From Salpingoeca rosetta (lineage: Eukaryota > Protista > Choanoflagellata), in assembly GCA_033442325.1 (NCBI GenBank), contig JAWQFM010000003.1, positions 452,570-516,569 of the forward strand: a DNA stretch of 64,000 nucleotides, in the 5' to 3' direction. The notes beneath the pieces were generated by a model. That model did not search any database, had not been told where the DNA came from, and worked only from the letters and a program-made list of their open reading frames with translations. Within the stretch, counting starts at the first letter, position 1; the number at the start of each line of letters is the position of its first letter. A program made the translations under genes and the position numbers. Positions 57,301 to 64,000 of the stretch are shown here, one piece after another.

Positions 57301-60300
57301 CCCAACAACCCGGCCACCCGTGTCGCTCATGCAGTTCCACAGCGGGCGCGTGGTGGCTGTGGCCGCGTCGCCAACGCACCACCTCGCCGCCTCCGCCGGC
57401 ACAGATGGCCGCCTGCGCGTGTACGACTACGTGCGGCGCAAGGTGGCGTGCACGTGGAAGTCTGAGGAGCTGCCAGACCTCGCCTGCCACTGCCTGACGT
57501 GGGCCAACCGGGCCGTGGACGCGGAGGGCCGCACCCTGTTTGCGGGCTTCTCCGACGGCGTCGTTCGCCAGTTCCGCCTTGCCAAGCGCACGCGGCTCGT
57601 CCTGACCAAGGTGGCAAAGCCCTTCAAGGGCCGTGTGGACCACGTCGCCCTCACCCCTGACGGCGGCCGCCTGTGCGTCGTCACAAACGATCCAGAGAGC
57701 ATCGCCGCCCTGGTTGCTGCGCGCGTGCACCACGACGGCGAAGCCGCCGAGCGCGACGCAGCCGAAGATGCAGCCGCAGTGGCTGCCCTGGCCAAACAAT
57801 ACGCGTCTGCGTGTTTTTTCCTGGAGGTGGATGCGCTGGAGCTGCGGCCCATCGGGTTTGTGCTCATTGGGCAGCGGGTGAACCGCGTTCGCTGCTCCGC
57901 AGACTCCAAGGTGCTGCTGCTGGCGTGCGACGCCGCCAAAGTGGTCGAGCTTCGCGTCGCCGGCCACGCAGACCGCACCAGCGTGCACACCTTTGAGCTG
58001 CCTGCACTGGACCGGCGCACATACACGTTCAACTCCATCATGCACATCCTGGAGCCGCCGCCGGAGCCGAAGCGACGCGCATCCAAGGCCGGCGGTGACA
58101 AGGAGGGCGCCGATGGCGACGAGCACGGCGACGACGGCAGCGGGGACCGTGGTGGTGGTGGTGGTGATGATGATGATGACGAAGAGGGCGCCCAAAAGGA
58201 CAAGAAGAAGGGGAAGAAGAAGAAGGCCCCCAAGCCCGTGCCCAAGTTTCTGCCCACGGACGCGCCCGTGCTTGACGCGTGGTACGGCGGCGACGGCAGC
58301 AGCAATGGCACGCTCATGCTGACGGCCGGTGGGAAGGAGGCCGGGTACGTGTACGAGTGCAGCTGGGAGATGCCGGAGAAGCCGCTGATGGCCCACGACG
58401 TTCGCGGCATCAGCGACAAGGGCGCAACGGGTGCTGGTGGTGGAAAGGGACAGGGAAAGCGCCCGCAGTCGAAACAGCAGCAGTCGCGCGCACAGGACGG
58501 CGGCGCGCCCGGCAAGCTCTCTCGACAGGGCACGTCGTCGTCTCTCACCGGGGGCGGCGGAGGTGGAACGAATGGCGCGAGCAACAGCAACAAGACAAGC
58601 AGCAATAGCAACAGCACTGGCAACAACAAAGCTGGTGGTGCCGGTGCCGGTACGGGTGCGGGTGCAGCCAAGGCGCCCGTGCGGCCCGCGGCCAGCGATT
58701 GCGTCCCATTGCCGTCGCGCAACGGATTGCTGCTTGCAGGCACAGACGGCAGTATGCGGTTGTTTGACACGCCCGCCTTCAACTCGCACTGGGTGCTTGG
58801 CATGCACGACATTTCTGCGGCTGCCGCCGACGCGCGTGGCGTGTGCGTGTGCGTGTCGTGCGATGGCGCGTACGTGCTCACCGCCGGCGCTGACGGGGGC
58901 GTGTTTGTGCTGAAGCTCAACGCATTTGATGGTGTGTCGTCCAGCACGCTCCCTGCGCAGGAGGCAACCGAGCTTGGCGAGAAGGACGTCGGCACGCCCG
59001 TGGCGGACATCCTGGACCCGGCGAGCTACAGCATCGAGGAGGACCTGCAGAAGGCGGAGCGGGACTCGTTTGTGGCCGCGGCCGAGCGCAAGAAGCAGAG
59101 CATGCGCAGCAGCGTGTTGCAGCTGCGGCGGGAGTTTGAGCGCCTGCTTGCACGCAACGCGGCGCTGCCTGCATCGCAGCGACTGCCGGCGGAGGCGTTT
59201 GTGATGAACCTGTCGCTGCGCCACGACATGGAGGAGCGGAAGAAGGCCGCGGTGCAGCAGCTTGAGCGCGAGATGGCGTGGGAGCTGGAGAAGGCGCGCA
59301 TTGGGCACCAGAAGCTGCGCAAGCACTTTATGGATGACGTGGCGCAGCCGCGCGTGGAGATTGCGTGTCTGAAGCGGTGTGAGGCCGTGGCTGGCTTCCG
59401 CACGCCGCAGCTGTCGGATGCGTTTGTCAAGTCCAACTCGGCGCTGGTCAAATCTGTGACACGCATGTCAACGCTCATGAACCGCGCGCGCAAGTCTGTG
59501 ACGCGGCGGCAGGAGCGGGCGGAGTTCCACAAGCAGATGGCGGAGTCGCGGCTGCGGCACCAGCAGCTGCTCGAGCAGCAGGCGCGGGAGGAGAGCAAGG
59601 CGGCACAGGCAACACAGGCCGGCAGGGGCGAGGGCGGGTCGGCGACGCTCAACGCCACGCAGCGGCAGCTGGCAGCGTCGCGGGACAGGAAGGAGGCGGA
59701 GAGGAGGAAGGCGGAGGAGCGGCAGCGGCGGCGGTCGGAGATGCGCGCACGCATGGAGGAACTGATGAAGGTGAAGCCGGACCCGAAGAAGATTGACCCG
59801 AGCGACGAGGCGAAGATCAAGCACCTGCGGCAGAACATGGGCGACTACAAGCTGAAGACGTCCAAGGACTACTTTGTGCCTGTGGAGGAGCGGGTGAACA
59901 CGGCGAAGAAGCGGGACCAGATCATGGCGCTGCGCAAGCGCATCTACGACGCCAAGACCATCTTCAACAGCCACATCCTGACCCTGCGCCGCCACAAGGT
60001 CGATGCCATTGAGAAGATCAAGGTGTGCCGCGACCTTCTGCGCGTGCTCTATGCGCAGCTTGGCCGCCCAGAGACCGACCTGCCGGAGGTTCCCAAGCTA
60101 CTTTCCTCGGAGTTCCCTGAGCGGCGCGATGACGTCACGCCAGAGCGCCTGGCGAAGTTCAGGGTGGAATACGAGCAGCAGCTGCTGCGCGAGCGGGAGG
60201 AAGCGGCCAAGGCGCGCAGCGGCGGGTTTGGTGGGTTTGGCGGGTTTGGCGGTGGTGGCGGTGGTGGCGGTGGTAGTGGCGACAGCAAGAAGACGGCGGG

Positions 60301-60715
60301 CGATGGCGCAGATGGGAGCAGTGGTGACGGTGCTGGCAAGGGCGGAAGCAACGCTCCTGGTGGTGGTGGCGGTGGCAGCAGCGGGAATGGTGAGCTGAGC
60401 AGCCGCCCAAGCCTGACTGATGTGGCGCGCCCACGCCGCCGCAGCACCATCTTCCTGCCGACGCCGAGCCGTGGTGGCGGCGGCGGTGGCGGCAACGTCG
60501 CTCTTGCGCACATGGGCGGAGACGAGACGCGGCTGCGGCGGGAACTGGCCATGGAGTGCGATCGCCTTCACAACCGCATTGACGACATCATCAAGCAGTT
60601 TGACGAGAAAGTCTTGCAGGTACAAGATTCTGAGACTGTGGTTGCTTATTTGATTCAATTCTTGCAGGCAACTGTGCGCTCTGGCATGCATGCACGCGCA
60701 CGACAACATACACAC

Positions 60716-60755
<40 letters not shown>

Positions 60756-61271
60756 GCACGACAACATACACACACACACACACACAAACACACGCAACTA
60801 TGCTACTCGATACACCCTTGCGTCTGCATGAATCATGCTGTCATGACTGGCTCACTCTCGCACGATGCCATCCCATGTTACGCATCATCACCCATCCTTG
60901 TTTCACAGCTGCTGCGCACAAAGCGAGACACAGAGGTGCGCATCAAGTTTGCAGAGTACATGCACGTGCTCTGCTATCAGGAACTCGTCCATCTCAAAGT
61001 CTTTGACATTCGCGAACAGGTGCAAAGAAGGTGTTGTGCTTGAGAGTTGTGTGTGCTGTGAATGATGATGTTTGCGTGGGTTTGGGTTTGTGTGCGTTTG
61101 TATTCGTGTGAGTTGTGTGTGAGCAAGTTTGTGTGTTCATATGCGTGCGTGTGTCTGCATGTTGATGACACGCACACACATACACTTTCTCAATCGCCCA
61201 CTCACTCACTCGCTCACTCACGCGTACTCGTCTGTGCTGCCGCTTCCGCTTCCGCTTCCACTACCCCACCC

Positions 61272-61338
<67 letters not shown>

Positions 61339-61998
61339 GAGCTGGAGAAGGTGCGTGACGCGAAGGAGAAGGAGCTTGAGGCGTGCCAGGAAGCGAACGA
61401 CAACGCGACGCAGACGTATGCCGCCCGCCAGAAGGAGCTGGCACGCCTGCAAACGCAGGAGAAGCAGCTGCATGCAGAGTTTGGTGCGCTGCTGGGCGAC
61501 GGCCACCCGTTTGCCAAGTTCCTGACGCGCATGTTTAAGCGGCGAATCAAGCGGCGCCGGCGAAAGAGCGGCGACAACGGCAGCAAGGGCGGGCGCGGTG
61601 ACGGTGACGGCGATGGTGATGAGACGGACGACGAGGAGGATGACGATGATGATGACGACTACTTCAGCAGCGACGACGACGACTACCTCGACGATGACAG
61701 CGACATGGAGGACTTTGACGACTCTGTGTGCCCGGCCGGGTGCGACCCGTCTGCATATGAGCGGGTGGCAGCGCTGCGCGAACGGCGGCTGGACATTGAG
61801 GAGGCGATTGCCGACGTGAAGCAGCAGACGGACAAGGTGAAGAAGGAGACAGACAGCACGGCGAAGCGGCTGAAGACGCTGCAGAGCGCCCTTGAGCGTG
61901 CGGAGAACGACATTGCCGCGTTCCAGGTGGAGAAACAGCACAAGCTCAACGAACTCCACGTCGCCGTTCCTCTTCGGGCCAGCCAGATTCACTTTATC

Positions 61999-62060
<62 letters not shown>

Positions 62061-62237
62061 NNNNNNNNNNNNNNNNNNNNNNNNNNNNNNNNNNNNNNNN
62101 NNNNNNNNNNNNNNNNNNNNNNNNNNNNNNNNNNNNNNNNNNNNNNNNNNNNNNNNNNNNNNNNNNNNNNNNNNNNNNNNNNNNNNNNNNNNNNNNNNNN
62201 NNNNNNNNNNNNNNNNNNNNNNNNNNNNNNNNNNNNN

Positions 62238-62326
<89 letters not shown>

Positions 62327-63295
62327 CAATTTGATATCACCTCACAATTTGCCGCGTTGTTTTGACATGCCACAACAGAGGACGATTGGCTGCCTGCTGA
62401 TTTCTCGGAAGCGCTGGTGTTCTCGCGGCAGGGCCTTGAGCGGCTGCATTCGACCATTGCGGGCCTGCAGGAGGAGAAGACGAAGCAGCGCCAGGTGTTT
62501 AAGGAGATTCGGTCCACACAGGCGCGCCTGCACCGGGAGCTGAAGGAGAAGGAGGCCGAGAACAAAGAGTACAAGCGCAAATGCGATGAGATGCAGCACC
62601 TCAAGTTTGGGCGCATTGTTGACTTGGAGGAATTGGACGCCAGTGGCAGCGGCAACCGCCAAGCAGAGCAACTCAAGGTGCGATTTTGACGTTTGTGTGT
62701 GCGTGAGTGTGTGAGTGTGTGTCTGTGTGTCTGTGTGTGTGTGAGTGCGTGTGTCTGTTTATGTGTGTGAGTGCGTGTGTCTGTTTATGTGTGTGTATGT
62801 GTGTTTGTTTGCGTGTTTACGTTTTTCTGTTTGCGTGTGTGCCTGCGTCGCTGAACTGCGTCCACCAACACATCACAGAGCTCACTTTTTTTTGTGTGTG
62901 TGCTTGCCTTGGCGCAGGAAACACAAGCCGAGATTGAGTTTGAGCAAGAGAAGGAGACGCGCGACCTTGACCTTGAAATCTCTCGCCTGCGCAGCGAGCT
63001 GTCGATGCTGACGCGCCAGAACACGGCCGTACTCTCTGATCTGACGGATCTCAAGCGGGACCGCTCTGAGCTTGAGAAGCAGCTGGACAGCGGCAAGCAG
63101 CTGCTGCACACGTCCGCCGCAGAGGAGGTGGCGGCGCACACGCGCGAGGAGGTGAAGCGCTTGAAGCGGCTGGCCAACATGCAGCAGGAGCAAATCTCAA
63201 GTCTGCACTCGGAGCTGCAGCAACTCATCCGTAAGGGCGGGCATGTTGCCCCGCCTCAAAAGTCTTCAAACGTCGCCCCTTTGCCGCCGCTGTGA
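54383..63295 (+). CDS. CFAP44: Cilia- and flagella-associated protein 44 (WDR52)
   Basis: [105 protein letters not shown]...LRERRLDIEE; MQHLKFGRIVDLEEL; LIRKGGHVAPP. First exon MADQ; 5550-nt exon at 55070-60619. Confidence 0.94.
62061..62237. other. Assembly gap (N run) within a CFAP44 intron
   Basis: Run of N flanked by (TG)n on the left and (CA)n on the right. Confidence 1.
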
Positions 63296-63813
63296 CCGAA
63301 AACACGAGGAGGGGACGTGTGAATGTGGAAACACACCTGGTTTGGGTTTGAGTAGTTGCCCTTGTGTGTGTGTGGGTGTGGGTGTGTGTGTGTGGGTGGG
63401 TGGGTGTGCGCTTTTGATGTTTTTTTTTTTTTTGTGTGTGTGTGTGCTTCGTGCTCAAGCTGTAGTGAGCTTGCATGCAAGAAAGCAAGAAGAAGTAAAC
63501 AAGAAGTGACGCAAGTCTCATATGCACACATGCTGTTTCATCACAACGGAAGCGTTGGTGTTGTCAAGAGAGGTGTTTATGGTGACGGTGGATTGACTGG
63601 TCAGGAAGAAGATGAAGAAGACAGAAGAAGAAGAAACAAAAAAGCACGAGGCAGAAAAGACATCACGCCATGATGTGTGATGAGACGCTTGTCGCGTTCA
63701 TGGAGCGTGCAGATGACAGGGGCAAAGGCGAAAAGCAAAACCACCACACTCACTCGCACACAAAGCAGAGCGGCTGGGAGGCAAGCAACAAAGGAACATA
63801 CACATGGTCACAA

Positions 63814-63918
63814 TCAGAGGAGGGCGAGCCCAAACGCCACGAGTGCGGAGACACCGACGGTGGCATATCCCGTCTTGTACAGGTCAGGCAGCGTCAGACC
63901 CTTGGCAACATCCCACAC
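63814..63918 (-). CDS. SDHC: Last exon of succinate dehydrogenase cytochrome b560 subunit; gene continues beyond the right edge
   Basis: After acceptor GCAG: VWDVAKGLTLPDLYKTGYATVGVSALVAFGLALL*, matching the SDHC C-terminal WD.GKGL....Y.SG pattern. Too short for the ORF track. Confidence 0.8.
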   Translation of the reverse strand: MWDVAKGLTLPDLYKTGYATVGVSALVAFGLALL

Positions 63919-63964
63919 CTGCATACCGAAGGGGGAGGGGAGGTGTGAGACAAAGTGAGAAAGT

Positions 63965-64000
<36 letters not shown>

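Noticed and set aside
55385-60793. Long minus-strand ORFs (56807-59326, 57427-59010)
   Set aside because: Antisense shadows of the large CFAP44 exon.

Overview
Eukaryotic, intron-rich, GC-rich, (GT/CA)n-microsatellite-dense DNA. Gene content and style suggest a choanoflagellate, probably Salpingoeca rosetta (inference). I reconstructed 16 protein-coding genes by hand-splicing GT-AG introns. In order: a giant intronless ADGRV1/VLGR1-like Calx-beta/EAR protein that runs off the left edge and is absent from the ORF track (-); POMP/UMP1 (+); TPR-less SGT1 (-); CRIB-ANK-FN3-RA ANKFN1/wake homologue (+); DNAAF6 (-); a Golgi-type sulfotransferase (+); a UFD1-zinc-finger-AZUL fusion (-); LYRM4 (+); FTSJ1/TRM7 (-); a secreted/membrane C2H2 protein (+); RPS24 (+); NOP16 (-); AGPAT3/4-type acyltransferase (+); G6PD lacking about 80 internal codons (-); CFAP44 (+); and the last exon of SDHC (-). 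There are two N-gaps. Most notable are the Usher-syndrome-type receptor ectodomain, a polarity rule in which sense-strand UG repeats follow intron donors and CA repeats precede acceptors, near-strict head-to-head gene pairing, and the G6PD internal deletion. Family calls come from motif recognition, not from database searches.
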